64,000 nucleotides of DNA from Patescibacteria group bacterium (lineage in GTDB: Bacteria; Patescibacteriota; Patescibacteriia; Patescibacteriales; UBA12465). The notes beneath the pieces are model-generated. The model saw nothing but the letters and a program-made list of their open reading frames with translations, did not search any database and was not told the origin of the DNA. The translations under genes were made by a program, and so were the position numbers. Of the stretch, positions 8,814-17,692 are shown in pieces. The stretch spans positions 3,590 through 67,589 of the forward strand of contig JAQUWT010000003.1 in NCBI GenBank assembly GCA_028692765.1, given 5' to 3'. Position 1 is the stretch's first letter. Each line of letters opens with the position of its first letter.

Positions 8814-9848
8814 ATGGATATTCAGGCTAAATTTACAAAATCTTTGGAAATGATGCGTTCAGCCGAGCGCATTTTGATTATTGCTCATCTTCGTCCTGAT
8901 GGTGATGCTCTATCTTCAGTAGCCGCCTTGCGTGTACTCGCCATTACAGCCGGCAAAGAAGCGGTCGGTTTTTGCCAGGATAAAAATCAGGCTTTATTTG
9001 ATTATCTCCCGGGATTTAAAGAAATTGAAGGTGATTTTAATGCCTTGAAAGATAAATTTGGGATTAAGGAATCTTTGCGGGATTATTTTGATTTATTAAT
9101 TGTGGCCGATTGCGGCTCCTTAGCCAGGACGGCTATAAGCGCTGAGATTATTGAGTTTAAAAAAAGAGGAGGAAATATTATCGAGTTTGACCATCATCCG
9201 CGGATAGATGATTATGCCGATTTAGAAATTCGTTATCCGGAATTATCATCCACTGCCGAACTCATCTATAATTTTATTGTCGCTAATAAATTGTCGTTTA
9301 CCAGAGATTTAGCTGATTGTATTTTAACCGGCATTTTGACCGATACCGGCAATTTTCTTTATCCCTCCGCTTCTGACGCTACCATGAAAGCGGCTTCGGC
9401 CGCCTTGGCTGCCGGTGCCCATTATAATAAGATTGTCAGCTATGTCTTGCGCAATAAGGATATGGTGATGATGAAAATGTGGGGCTTGGCTTTGGAGCGG
9501 TTAAAGCTTAATCCTCGCTATCAATTAGCTTTTGCTGTGATTACGCGTGATGATATTAGAAATATTCTTGACCAAGATAATCTTGATAGCGCCGCTGAAA
9601 GTGATTTTTTCAGCGGTTTAGCCGGATTTTTAAGCAATCTCTCTGGCGCCAAGGCGGTCATGTTGCTCTATGAAGACCGACGCGGATTAGTCAAGGGAAG
9701 TTTAAGGAGTACTCCTAATGGTATGTTGGTAGATAAATTAGCGCGTGCTCTTGGCGGCGGTGGCCACGAAAGGGCCGCTGGCTTTGCTTTGCCGGGAAAA
9801 TTAGAGCTGATAGATAATCGTTGGATGTTAGTTTGTGGTGATAATTAG
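8814..9848 (+). CDS. nrnA: DHH/DHHA1 phosphoesterase (NrnA-like oligoribonuclease / pAp phosphatase)
   Basis: DHH motifs HLRPDGDALSS, ADCG and EFDHHPR, plus DHHA1 GGGGHERAAGF. Confidence 0.8.
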   Translation: MDIQAKFTKSLEMMRSAERILIIAHLRPDGDALSSVAALRVLAITAGKEAVGFCQDKNQALFDYLPGFKEIEGDFNALKDKFGIKESLRDYFDLLIVADCGSLARTAISAEIIEFKKRGGNIIEFDHHPRIDDYADLEIRYPELSSTAELIYNFIVANKLSFTRDLADCILTGILTDTGNFLYPSASDATMKAASAALAAGAHYNKIVSYVLRNKDMVMMKMWGLALERLKLNPRYQLAFAVITRDDIRNILDQDNLDSAAESDFFSGLAGFLSNLSGAKAVMLLYEDRRGLVKGSLRSTPNGMLVDKLARALGGGGHERAAGFALPGKLELIDNRWMLVCGDN

Positions 9849-9870
9849 AATACGGTTTAATCTAATTAAA

Positions 9871-9898
9871 AAGGCTCCTCTCGGAGTCTTTTCTTTTT
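9871..9898. terminator. Bidirectional terminator between convergent nrnA-like and trmD genes
   Basis: AAGGCTCC tctc GGAGTCTT followed by a T-rich run, with an A-run upstream. Confidence 0.6.
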
Positions 9899-10569
9899 TA
9901 TTTTTTTATCTTTTGTTTTTTTTCTCGCCATTCTTTTATTTTTGCATGATTGCCTTCAAGTAGAACTTTAGGAACGGCGTATTTTTTGCCTTCGGCTTCA
10001 AAAATGGCCGGTCTGGTATATTGTGGATATTCCAGAATATTTTTTTCACTATGAGATTCTTCTTCAATGCTGGCTTTGTTTCCTAGAGCGCCGGGCAATA
10101 ATCTGGTAATTGAATCAATGATGATTAGGGCGGGCAGCTCGCCGCCGGTTAAGACGTAGTCGCCAATTGATACTTCTTCATCAATAAATTTCTTTATTCT
10201 AGCGTCGACGCCTTCATAGCGCCCACAGATAAAAAGTATTTCTTCAAGGCGGCTATATTGCTTAGCCATTTTTTGGTTCCAGGTTTTACCGCTGGCGGAG
10301 AGCAATATTATTTTTCTTTTTTTTACATCAGTTTTACTTTTCTTTTTTATATCCTTGATTGCCTTATAGAGAGGTTCTATTTTCATCAGCATGCCCGCCC
10401 CTCCTCCGTAGGGAGTGTCATCGACCGTACGGTGCTTATCACTGGTCCAATCCCTAAGATTGTATTTTTCTATTTTAATAATCTTTCTCTCAATGGCCCT
10501 CTTAATAATACTATCTTCAAGATAGGAGTCTAGGATATTGGGAAAGATGCTTAATATTTTGAATTTCAT
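9898..10569 (-). CDS. trmD: tRNA (guanine37-N1)-methyltransferase
   Basis: TrmD motifs [21 protein letters not shown] and [14 protein letters not shown]. Confidence 0.95.
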   Translation of the reverse strand: MKFKILSIFPNILDSYLEDSIIKRAIERKIIKIEKYNLRDWTSDKHRTVDDTPYGGGAGMLMKIEPLYKAIKDIKKKSKTDVKKRKIILLSASGKTWNQKMAKQYSRLEEILFICGRYEGVDARIKKFIDEEVSIGDYVLTGGELPALIIIDSITRLLPGALGNKASIEEESHSEKNILEYPQYTRPAIFEAEGKKYAVPKVLLEGNHAKIKEWREKKQKIKK

Positions 10570-10587
10570 ATATTAATTATTTTATAA

Positions 10588-10620
10588 CAAAAAAGCCGGA
10601 TTGGGAAATCCGGCTTTTTC
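10588..10620 (-). terminator. Hairpin + T-run downstream of the KH-protein gene
   Basis: AAAAAAGCCGGATT ggga AATCCGGCTTTTT, symmetric, so bidirectional in principle. Confidence 0.6.
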
Positions 10621-10639
10621 TATATTTTAATCTAGGAGA

Positions 10640-10975
10640 TTAAATTTTGAGATCATCCAAGGCGGAAGTGTCAACATCGCCTAAATCAGCGTGATTATCA
10701 CTAGACGGACGGCTGGAGCGACGAGCGCCTCCTTCCGGGTCGTAGATTTTCAAGTTGACGCGAGAATTGTTCTTGGCGCCGACAATCTTTAACAGGGTGC
10801 GGATAGCTTGCGCGGTCTGACCCTTGCGGCCAATCACATAACCCATATCGGCCGGGTTAATTTTGAGAGTCAAGAGCACTCCCATTTCATCAACGGTCCG
10901 ATCGACAGCGACGTCATTGGGATTGCTGACGATGCTCTTTACGATCATTTCGAGAAACTGTTTGTCTGCTTCCAT
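10640..10975 (-). CDS. KH-domain RNA-binding protein (UPF0109/YlqC-like) with C-terminal extension
   Basis: GXXG motif in VIGRKGQTAQAIRTLL. It sits between rpsP and trmD as in the classic operon, and carries a ~35-aa low-complexity tail. Confidence 0.8.
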   Translation of the reverse strand: MEADKQFLEMIVKSIVSNPNDVAVDRTVDEMGVLLTLKINPADMGYVIGRKGQTAQAIRTLLKIVGAKNNSRVNLKIYDPEGGARRSSRPSSDNHADLGDVDTSALDDLKI

Positions 10976-11111
10976 ATTTGTTATTGCTGGGCTTTCAAAT
11001 CAACCGCACTATAGTCGCTGGACTTGAAAGATCCTAGACTTAATTATATTACCTCGTTTTCACGAGATTTCTATCAATATTATCTTATCAATTATAGCTT
11101 ATAGATGTCAA

Positions 11112-11546
11112 TTAAGCTTCAGCTTCCACTTTTTCTTCCTGAGTTTCAGGGGCGGCGGCTTCAGTTTCAGCCGGTGTTGCCGTTACCTCTTCGGCGGGAG
11201 CTTCCTGGTTGTTTGACTGTTCGGCTGCTGACTTTTTGTCGGCCTTCGCTTTAGCCTGAGCGACTTTCTTTTCATTAACCTTTCCCGGTTTCGACGCTGT
11301 TACTTTTTTGCCTTCAACCACTCCCTTTCCGACCAAGAGATTGTTAACGCTGGCAGTCATGCCGGCGCCCTTTTCCAGCCAATATTTAATTCTGTCGGTT
11401 TTGGCTTCTAAATCTTTAGAATAGGGGTTGTATGAACCTAAAATCTCTAAAGAGCGTCCATAGGGGTCGCGTCCTTTTTCAGAAATAATCAAACGGAAAA
11501 CTTTTTTGTTAGTTTTGCCGATTTTGGATAATTTTATCATTAACAT
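11112..11546 (-). CDS. rpsP: 30S ribosomal protein S16 with Ala/Glu/Lys-rich C-terminal extension
   Basis: IKLSKIGKTNKKVFRLIISEKGRDPYGRSLEILGSYNP matches the S16 core. At 144 aa it is well above the usual ~85-90. The start may be the ATG at 11540. Confidence 0.9.
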   Translation of the reverse strand: MLMIKLSKIGKTNKKVFRLIISEKGRDPYGRSLEILGSYNPYSKDLEAKTDRIKYWLEKGAGMTASVNNLLVGKGVVEGKKVTASKPGKVNEKKVAQAKAKADKKSAAEQSNNQEAPAEEVTATPAETEAAAPETQEEKVEAEA

Positions 11547-11649
11547 ATGATATTTTAGAGGCGCATCCGAGCGGTGAAAAATCCAAACGAATAACGCGAT
11601 TCTTTTTCTTTATTGACAAATATTAGCTTAAGACTTGAAAAAAGTCAAG

Positions 11650-13914
11650 TTAGAAGCGGGGACGGCGAGGAGCGCCGTCGCGGCCGGAAAAACGGCCTCG
11701 GTCAGAACCGCCGGGGCGGCGGAAGCTGTTCATACGATTAGCGGGGTCGCCTTTGCCTTTCTCGTCTTTCCATAATTCAGCATTTTCGGCTAAACCCTTC
11801 ATGGTTAAGTTGATTCTGCCTTGATCGTCGATTTCAATAATTTTAACCGTGACGGTGTCGCCGATATTTAGGATATCGCCCGGTTTTTCAACGTAATAAG
11901 GGGCGAGTTCGCTGGCTCTAACCAAGCCGTCTTGGCTGTTGTTTAACTGAACGAAAGCGCCAAAGTCCATCATGCGTACCACTTTACCCGTGATAATTTC
12001 GCCAACCGCAAAGACATGGACAATTGCTTGGACTTGGTTGACTGCCTCGGCCACCATGGCTGCGTCAGTACCGCAGACCATTACCAGGCCGTCGTCATCG
12101 ATATCAATACTGACTCCGGTTTCATCGATAATCTTATTAATAACTTTGCCTCCCGGACCGATGATAGCGCCGATTTTTTCAGGATCAACATGGAAACTGG
12201 TAATGCGGGGCGCATACGGGGATAACTCTTGGCGAGGGGCGGGGATGGCATTTTTTATCACTTCCAGAATCTGATTTAAGGCCTCTCTGCCTTGTTTGAA
12301 GGTTTGGGCAATAATTTCCGGGGTCAAGCCCTCGGTTTTGGTGTCTAGCTGAATAGCGGTGAGTCCGGTGTCGGTGCCGGTAATTTTAAAATCCATGCCG
12401 CCGTCACCGTCTTCTAAGTCTTGAATATCGGTCAGCACTTGCCATTTACTTAAATCATGATAGGATGCTAGGCCCATGGCGATGCCGACCACCGGTTTTT
12501 TAATTGGTACGCCCGCATCCATCAGGGCTAAAGTCGAAGCGCAGGTTGAAGCCATTGAGGAAGAACCGTTGGAGCCGAGGGTTTCACTGACGACGCGGAC
12601 GGTATAAGGGAAGTCTTCACGGTTAGGAACCATCGGTAATAAAGCTTTTTCCGCCAAAGCGCCATGGCCGATTTCACGGCGGCCGGTACCGCGCATAGGA
12701 GCGGCTTCACCGACCGAATAAGGAGGAAAATTATAATGATGCATGTAGCGTTTCTTGCTTTGTCCTTCCATGCCTTCCAAGGATTGTTCCATTCCCGGCG
12801 CGCCTAAAGTAACGATAGACATCACTTGGGTTTCGCCGCGGGAGAATAGGGAGGTGCCATGATCGCGGGGCAATAAGGCAACTTCGGCATTAAGGGGGCG
12901 GATTTCGTTGAGGGCGCGTCCGTCTACCCGTTTGCCATTTTCCAAAATAGAGGCGGTAATAGCTTCATCAATCATTTTTTCAACCAATGATTTAATAACA
13001 TATCCTCGCTGGTCGGCGCTGATGCCTTTTTCAAAAAGATAGGCGTCCAATTGTTCTTTAATGGCACTGACTGCGGCTTTGCGCTCCCCCTTGGTGTAGT
13101 AGGATTTATCAAATAAAATATTTTTAATATTTTCTTTTAGCCAAGCGGCTCCTAAATTAAGATTTTCTTGTTTGTCTGCCTCTTTTTTTAATTCTTCTTC
13201 ATTTTTCAGAGCTTGTTTTACCTTATTATTCTTGGGTTCGATTTGTTTCTGCAATTCCTCAATTAAGGTAATTGCCGGTTTCATGTTTTCTTGCCCGGCC
13301 AATATCGCTTCGAGCATTACCGCTTCCGGAACTTCATTGGCGCCGGCTTCAATCATAATAGTTTTGTCTTTGGTACCGGCTACAATCAAATCTAAATCGC
13401 TGGCGGCTTGTTCGGCGTAAGTGGGGTTAAAGACAAAATTACCTTCGATGCGGCCGACCCTAATTCCGCCAATCGGTCCGCGCCATTCCAGTCCGGAAAT
13501 CGCTAGAGCGGCGGATGAGGCGACTAAAGAGACAATATCGTGGTCGTTTTCTTGGTCTACGGCCAAAACAGTGATAATTACCTGGACGTCGCGGCGGTCA
13601 TCTTGATTAAAAAGAGGGCGGATGGAGCGGTCAATCATGCGGCCGGTTAAGACTGAGTCGTCAGTTGGACGGCCTTCGCGCTTAATCCAGCGAGAACCTT
13701 TAATAATGCCGGCGGCATAGAGCTTTTCTTGAAATTCTACCATTAACGGGAAAAAATCCGTTCCTTCGCGGGCGGATTTATTTTGAACAACCGTAGCCAT
13801 AACCACGGTTTCCCCATATTGGACCAAAACGGCGGCATCGGCCTGAAGGGCAATCTTGCCGGTTTTAATGGTGAGCTGGCGGCCAAGCCAGTCGGTGCTT
13901 ACAATTTTTTCCAT
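11650..13914 (-). CDS. pnp: Polyribonucleotide nucleotidyltransferase (PNPase)
   Basis: Two RNase PH domains, DGDGGMDFKITGT, KH (IIGPGGKVINKI), S1 (GKVVRMMDFGAFV) and an Arg/Gly-rich tail. Confidence 0.97.
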   Translation of the reverse strand: MEKIVSTDWLGRQLTIKTGKIALQADAAVLVQYGETVVMATVVQNKSAREGTDFFPLMVEFQEKLYAAGIIKGSRWIKREGRPTDDSVLTGRMIDRSIRPLFNQDDRRDVQVIITVLAVDQENDHDIVSLVASSAALAISGLEWRGPIGGIRVGRIEGNFVFNPTYAEQAASDLDLIVAGTKDKTIMIEAGANEVPEAVMLEAILAGQENMKPAITLIEELQKQIEPKNNKVKQALKNEEELKKEADKQENLNLGAAWLKENIKNILFDKSYYTKGERKAAVSAIKEQLDAYLFEKGISADQRGYVIKSLVEKMIDEAITASILENGKRVDGRALNEIRPLNAEVALLPRDHGTSLFSRGETQVMSIVTLGAPGMEQSLEGMEGQSKKRYMHHYNFPPYSVGEAAPMRGTGRREIGHGALAEKALLPMVPNREDFPYTVRVVSETLGSNGSSSMASTCASTLALMDAGVPIKKPVVGIAMGLASYHDLSKWQVLTDIQDLEDGDGGMDFKITGTDTGLTAIQLDTKTEGLTPEIIAQTFKQGREALNQILEVIKNAIPAPRQELSPYAPRITSFHVDPEKIGAIIGPGGKVINKIIDETGVSIDIDDDGLVMVCGTDAAMVAEAVNQVQAIVHVFAVGEIITGKVVRMMDFGAFVQLNNSQDGLVRASELAPYYVEKPGDILNIGDTVTVKIIEIDDQGRINLTMKGLAENAELWKDEKGKGDPANRMNSFRRPGGSDRGRFSGRDGAPRRPRF

Positions 13915-14021
13915 AATTTTTTTAGCTTGGCCTTCAAATTACAGAACTGTATATTCTGATAGTATTAGAATATTGACAGTGCTATCTATTTGCAGGCCAA
14001 AACTTTAGTTTATTGTTTTTT

Positions 14022-14531
14022 TTATTTATATTTATTGCCAATCAGAAATTTATTGTCCGAACTTAAATCGATAAAGTCGTCCACTTCTTCAATCAAGCGG
14101 GCCGAACAGGTCTTTCTAAATGCCATTACTTCCACCAGGCAGCCTTTGTTGTTTTGCAGATATGATACTAAGGGCAGATAATCGCCATCACCAGAAACTA
14201 AAACAATCACGTCTAATTTATCGGCCAGCTTAATGGCGTCAATGGCGATGCCGACGTCCCAATCTGCTTTTTTGGCGCCGCCGGCAAAAATTTGTAAATC
14301 TTTCATGCGCACTTCGAATCCTTGTTGGCTGAGAGCTTCAAAGAAAGCGGTCTCTTCGTCGTTTTCTGCCCGGATAACATAAGCAGTGGCCCGGATTAGT
14401 TTCCGGCCGGCCACTGCTTTAGTCAAAATTTCTTTAAAGTTAACGCGTCTGCCGTAAAGGTTTTTAGCGGAGTGATACATATTAGCGACATCTATCAAGA
14501 CGCCGACACGTTGTTCTTTATGTTTTATCAT
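14022..14531 (-). CDS. NYN-domain (LabA-like, PIN-related) predicted ribonuclease
   Basis: RVGVLIDVANMYH near the N-terminus and IVLVSGDGDYLPLV. I prefer the ATG at 14531, which avoids overlapping the rpsO stop at 14536. Confidence 0.7.
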   Translation of the reverse strand: MIKHKEQRVGVLIDVANMYHSAKNLYGRRVNFKEILTKAVAGRKLIRATAYVIRAENDEETAFFEALSQQGFEVRMKDLQIFAGGAKKADWDVGIAIDAIKLADKLDVIVLVSGDGDYLPLVSYLQNNKGCLVEVMAFRKTCSARLIEEVDDFIDLSSDNKFLIGNKYK

Positions 14532-14535
14532 AGTT

Positions 14536-14925
14536 TTATTCACCGTCTTCCTCGGCATCAGGGCCAATTTCTACACTTTCTTCTTCGTCTTCTTCGGAAG
14601 CGACATTGTATTTCTTTTCCTTTAACTTTTCTTCTTCCTCTTCAGCTTGTAGTTTCTGGGCAATCTTCAGTTTAAGTTTTTCGGCCAATTCCTTGAATTG
14701 CTCAGCATTTTCTTTTTGTAAATATTTAAGGAGTTTGCGGCGTTCGCCAACTTTCTTCAATAAGCCGCGGCGGGAAGAATAATCGTGCTTGTGTTGTTTC
14801 AAGTGTTCGGTTAATTGCTTTATTTCTTCGGTTAAAATGGCAATTTGAACTTGCGGGGAGCCGGTATCGGTATCATGAACACGAAATTTCTTAATGATTT
14901 TTTCTTTGTTTTTTTTATCTAACAT
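14536..14925 (-). CDS. rpsO: 30S ribosomal protein S15 with acidic C-terminal extension
   Basis: [49 protein letters not shown] is the S15 core. A ~40-aa Glu/Asp/Lys tail follows. Confidence 0.93.
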   Translation of the reverse strand: MLDKKNKEKIIKKFRVHDTDTGSPQVQIAILTEEIKQLTEHLKQHKHDYSSRRGLLKKVGERRKLLKYLQKENAEQFKELAEKLKLKIAQKLQAEEEEEKLKEKKYNVASEEDEEESVEIGPDAEEDGE

Positions 14926-14995
14926 ATTTTCTTCGCTTATTCCCAGAAAGGGGGCTTACACCCGTTTCCGAGAAAAAGTACTTTATAAGGCTCAA

Positions 14996-15256
14996 TTATT
15001 TGAGCGCGTTAATTTTTTTAGCTAAACGTGATTTTTTGCGAGCGGCTGTGCCTTTCTTAATTACCCCCTTTTTGGCGGCTTTATCGATATTTTTCATCAC
15101 TACGGCAAAATCTTCCTTAGCGCTCTTGTCGGCCGCTTGGACTTTCTTCAGACTCTTTTTAACAGCCGTTTTCATGACATTTTTAACTTTGAGATTGGCG
15201 GCTTCTCTTTTTACGCTCTTGCGCAGTTCTTTTTTCGCCGATTTCTTATTAGGCAT
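14996..15256 (-). CDS. rpsT: 30S ribosomal protein S20
   Basis: MPNKKSAKKELRKSVKR... is a typical S20 N-terminus. I prefer the ATG at 15256 to the 23-codon hydrophobic extension in the ORF track. Confidence 0.9.
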   Translation of the reverse strand: MPNKKSAKKELRKSVKREAANLKVKNVMKTAVKKSLKKVQAADKSAKEDFAVVMKNIDKAAKKGVIKKGTAARKKSRLAKKINALK

Positions 15257-15375
15257 ACAAAATTTATAAATTAGGTAAATTATTAAAAGTATTCTTAGGT
15301 TAGCATAAAAATAAAGAAAAATCAAGACTTTCTTTAGCCCTTAATATTAATACAATTGAACTAATATTACATTAG

Positions 15376-15449
15376 TCGGGGTACTGGGACTTGAACCCAG
15401 AATCTCCTGCTCCCAAAGCAGGCGCCTTAGCCAATTAGGCCATACCCCG
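15376..15449 (-). tRNA. tRNA-Pro (anticodon TGG)
   Basis: Acceptor CGGGGTA/TACCCCG, anticodon stem CCTGC/GCAGG with loop TTTGGGA, T-loop TTCAAGT. No encoded CCA. Confidence 0.9.
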
Positions 15450-15544
15450 TATAAAGCAAAAAAGCTATAAAGATATAAAATTATTTGCTAAAAGCAAGGT
15501 GCTTGAAGTCATTACTTTATAACTTTATAACTTTTTTGCATTTG

Positions 15545-15616
15545 TGCCCCGGGTCAGAATCGAACTGACGACACAAGGATTTTCAGTCCTTTGCTCTACC
15601 ACTGAGCTACCGAGGC
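15545..15616 (-). tRNA. tRNA-Phe (anticodon GAA)
   Basis: Acceptor GCCTCGG/CCGGGGC, anticodon stem AAGGA/TCCTT with loop CTGAAAA, T-loop TTCGATT. No encoded CCA. Confidence 0.9.
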
Positions 15617-15635
15617 TCGACTGAAAACAGATTAG

Positions 15636-15708
15636 TTGCGGGAGTCGGATTCGAACCGACGACCTCCAGGTTATGGGCCTGGCGAGCTGCCAACTGCTCT
15701 ATCCCGCG
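15636..15708 (-). tRNA. Initiator tRNA-fMet (anticodon CAT), with C33
   Basis: C1/A72 mismatch (CGCGGGA...TCCCGCA), the A11:T24 pair, and anticodon stem CCAGG/CCTGG with loop CCCATAA. No encoded CCA. Confidence 0.85.
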
Positions 15709-15731
15709 ATTCTTTTATTTTAAAGCTGAAG

Positions 15732-15805
15732 TGGGCAATGGAGGATTCGAACCTCCGACCTCAACATTATCAGTGTTGCGCTCTAACCAACTGAGCTAAT
15801 TGCCC
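15732..15805 (-). tRNA. tRNA-Ile (anticodon GAT)
   Basis: Acceptor GGGCAAT/ATTGCCC, anticodon stem CAACA/TGTTG with loop CTGATAA, T-loop TTCGAAT. No encoded CCA. Confidence 0.9.
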
Positions 15806-15905
15806 TTAATTATAGGAAAATAACAACAAAAAATAAGTGCCTGGCAAATCTGGATAAAATATAACAGAAGAGCAATAAAAAAGCAAGAGTTTTTTAGCCT
15901 TATTT

Positions 15906-16874
15906 TTAAGACAGAGAAGCCGCCAGCGCATAAAGTTCGCTCTTTAAATCAGTTTTTCCTTGCTTATTTTTATAATCCAATTCCAAAAATGCTTGGAAAT
16001 AACGATTAAGTTCGTTCAGTGAAAATTTATTGGCTTGGCTGTTGCTTTTTTTAACTACAAAGGGATGGAGTTTCAATTGGCTAGCCAGCTGAGCTTCGCT
16101 AAGACGACTTTGGTTTTGTATTTGTTTTATTTGGAGAATAATTTTAAATTGCCGCTGGCACATAGCCAGAATGTATTCGGCGCTAAGGCCGGCAATAAAT
16201 TGTTCTTCCAGCATTTGGAGGGCTAACTTGCCGTTTTTAGAGCCAAAAGCATCGGTTAGGGCAAAAATATTATCCTCCACTTCATTCTTTACCAGCGTTT
16301 GTACCAATAATTCATCGATAATTCTATTTTTTCCGGCGGCCGTTAATTTTTGAATCTCATTATTTAAGCGCCACAAATCATTTCCGGTTCGAGCAATGAG
16401 GATTGACAGGGCGTTGGGTGAGATTTTGCTTCCTTTATTTTCGATTTCTTTTTTGGCGAAATCAAGCACCTGCGTATTATTTAACAATTTAAATTCTTGC
16501 ACGAAAGGCTGCTGCAAGAGCCAATTATATAATTTTTTCGCTTCCGCTTTTAATTTGGAGGCGGTAATTTCATTTTCGTTGAAAATCAGAGCGTTATCTT
16601 CGGCGCCGGCATTTTTTTTGCATAGTTGCAAAGCAGTTTCAAAGACCGCTTCGTTTTTGTTGTTAAATATTTCTTCGATGATTACCATGCGTTTCTTGGT
16701 AAAGAGGGAGCCGCTACTGATTTTTTCTTGCAGTTCGGCGTCAGAGGTCTGGCGGCCGTCGAGGATAATCAAACTCTGCCCCAGAGAATCGACTGCGGAC
16801 ATAAAGCGCTGTTTCAATTCGGTCAATTTTTGCTGGCGGCGGAAAGAATCCGCGCCATGGAGCAGAAAAATCAT
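15906..16874 (-). CDS. holA: DNA polymerase III delta subunit
   Basis: Size, the N-terminal IFLLHGADSFRRQQKL, and a helical C-terminal domain typical of HolA. The ATG at 16874 forms an ATGA overlap with the murI stop. An alternative start lies at 16892. Confidence 0.7.
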   Translation of the reverse strand: MIFLLHGADSFRRQQKLTELKQRFMSAVDSLGQSLIILDGRQTSDAELQEKISSGSLFTKKRMVIIEEIFNNKNEAVFETALQLCKKNAGAEDNALIFNENEITASKLKAEAKKLYNWLLQQPFVQEFKLLNNTQVLDFAKKEIENKGSKISPNALSILIARTGNDLWRLNNEIQKLTAAGKNRIIDELLVQTLVKNEVEDNIFALTDAFGSKNGKLALQMLEEQFIAGLSAEYILAMCQRQFKIILQIKQIQNQSRLSEAQLASQLKLHPFVVKKSNSQANKFSLNELNRYFQAFLELDYKNKQGKTDLKSELYALAASLS

Positions 16875-17692
16875 AGAGAAATTATTTGCCAATTATCTAT
16901 TTTTTGTCCCAGAAATTTTTCTCCTAATTTGATAAAATTCTCCGGCTTATCGCTCAAATAGAAATGCCGGCTGCCCGTTGTTTTATGGGCAGACAATAGA
17001 TTGCTGTGTTTTGCGAGATAAATTTTTAAGCTGTCGGCGACAATTTCCCCCGGATCGGGGACGCGGCAGTTTTTGCCCATGATGCGGCGCGTATCTTTCA
17101 ACAGAAAAGGGTAGTGGGTGCAGCCAAGAATTAAAGTTCTAATATTTTTAGCTTTTAATGGCCGTAGATATTTTTTTAACAGTTTGTTGGCAATATCGCT
17201 TCCGGCCAAGCCTTCTTCAATTAAAGGGACGAGCAGGGGCGCGCTATTGCTGTTGACTATAGCTTGTGCATTAAGTTTTTTAATTTCGTGTTCATAGGCC
17301 TTGGAAGCGATAGTGGCGCGGGTGCCAATAACACCGATATTATGGCTCGTGGCGGCGTATTCTGCCAGGGGAATAATAACTCCAAGAATGCGTCTGTCTG
17401 GATATTCTTTAGGCAAATATTCTTGTTGTAAGCGGCGGAGCGCTTGGGAGGAGGCGGTATTGCAGGCTAGGATAATTAGACGGCATCCCTGAGAAAATAA
17501 AAAATCCATCGCTTCCTTGGTGTAGCGGTAGATTAATTCCTGAGAATGCCCGCCATAGGGAACGCGGGCGGTATCGCCTAAATATAGATAATCGTATTGC
17601 GGCAATTTTTTTAGAAGATGTTTTAGGACGGTTAGACCTCCTAGTCCGGAATCAAACACGCCGATACGATATTGTCCTTTATTTTTTAGCAT
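16871..17692 (-). CDS. murI: Glutamate racemase
   Basis: IGVFDSGLGGLTVL, ACNTAS and LGCTHYPFL (the catalytic Cys motifs). I prefer the ATG at 17692 (MLKNKGQYRIGVFDSG). Confidence 0.93.
   Translation of the reverse strand: MLKNKGQYRIGVFDSGLGGLTVLKHLLKKLPQYDYLYLGDTARVPYGGHSQELIYRYTKEAMDFLFSQGCRLIILACNTASSQALRRLQQEYLPKEYPDRRILGVIIPLAEYAATSHNIGVIGTRATIASKAYEHEIKKLNAQAIVNSNSAPLLVPLIEEGLAGSDIANKLLKKYLRPLKAKNIRTLILGCTHYPFLLKDTRRIMGKNCRVPDPGEIVADSLKIYLAKHSNLLSAHKTTGSRHFYLSDKPENFIKLGEKFLGQKIDNWQIISL

Noticed and set aside
16396-16961. 178-aa and 111-aa plus-strand ORFs.
   Set aside because: They are antisense to holA and murI, have no motifs, and are Ser/Phe/Leu-rich shadow frames.
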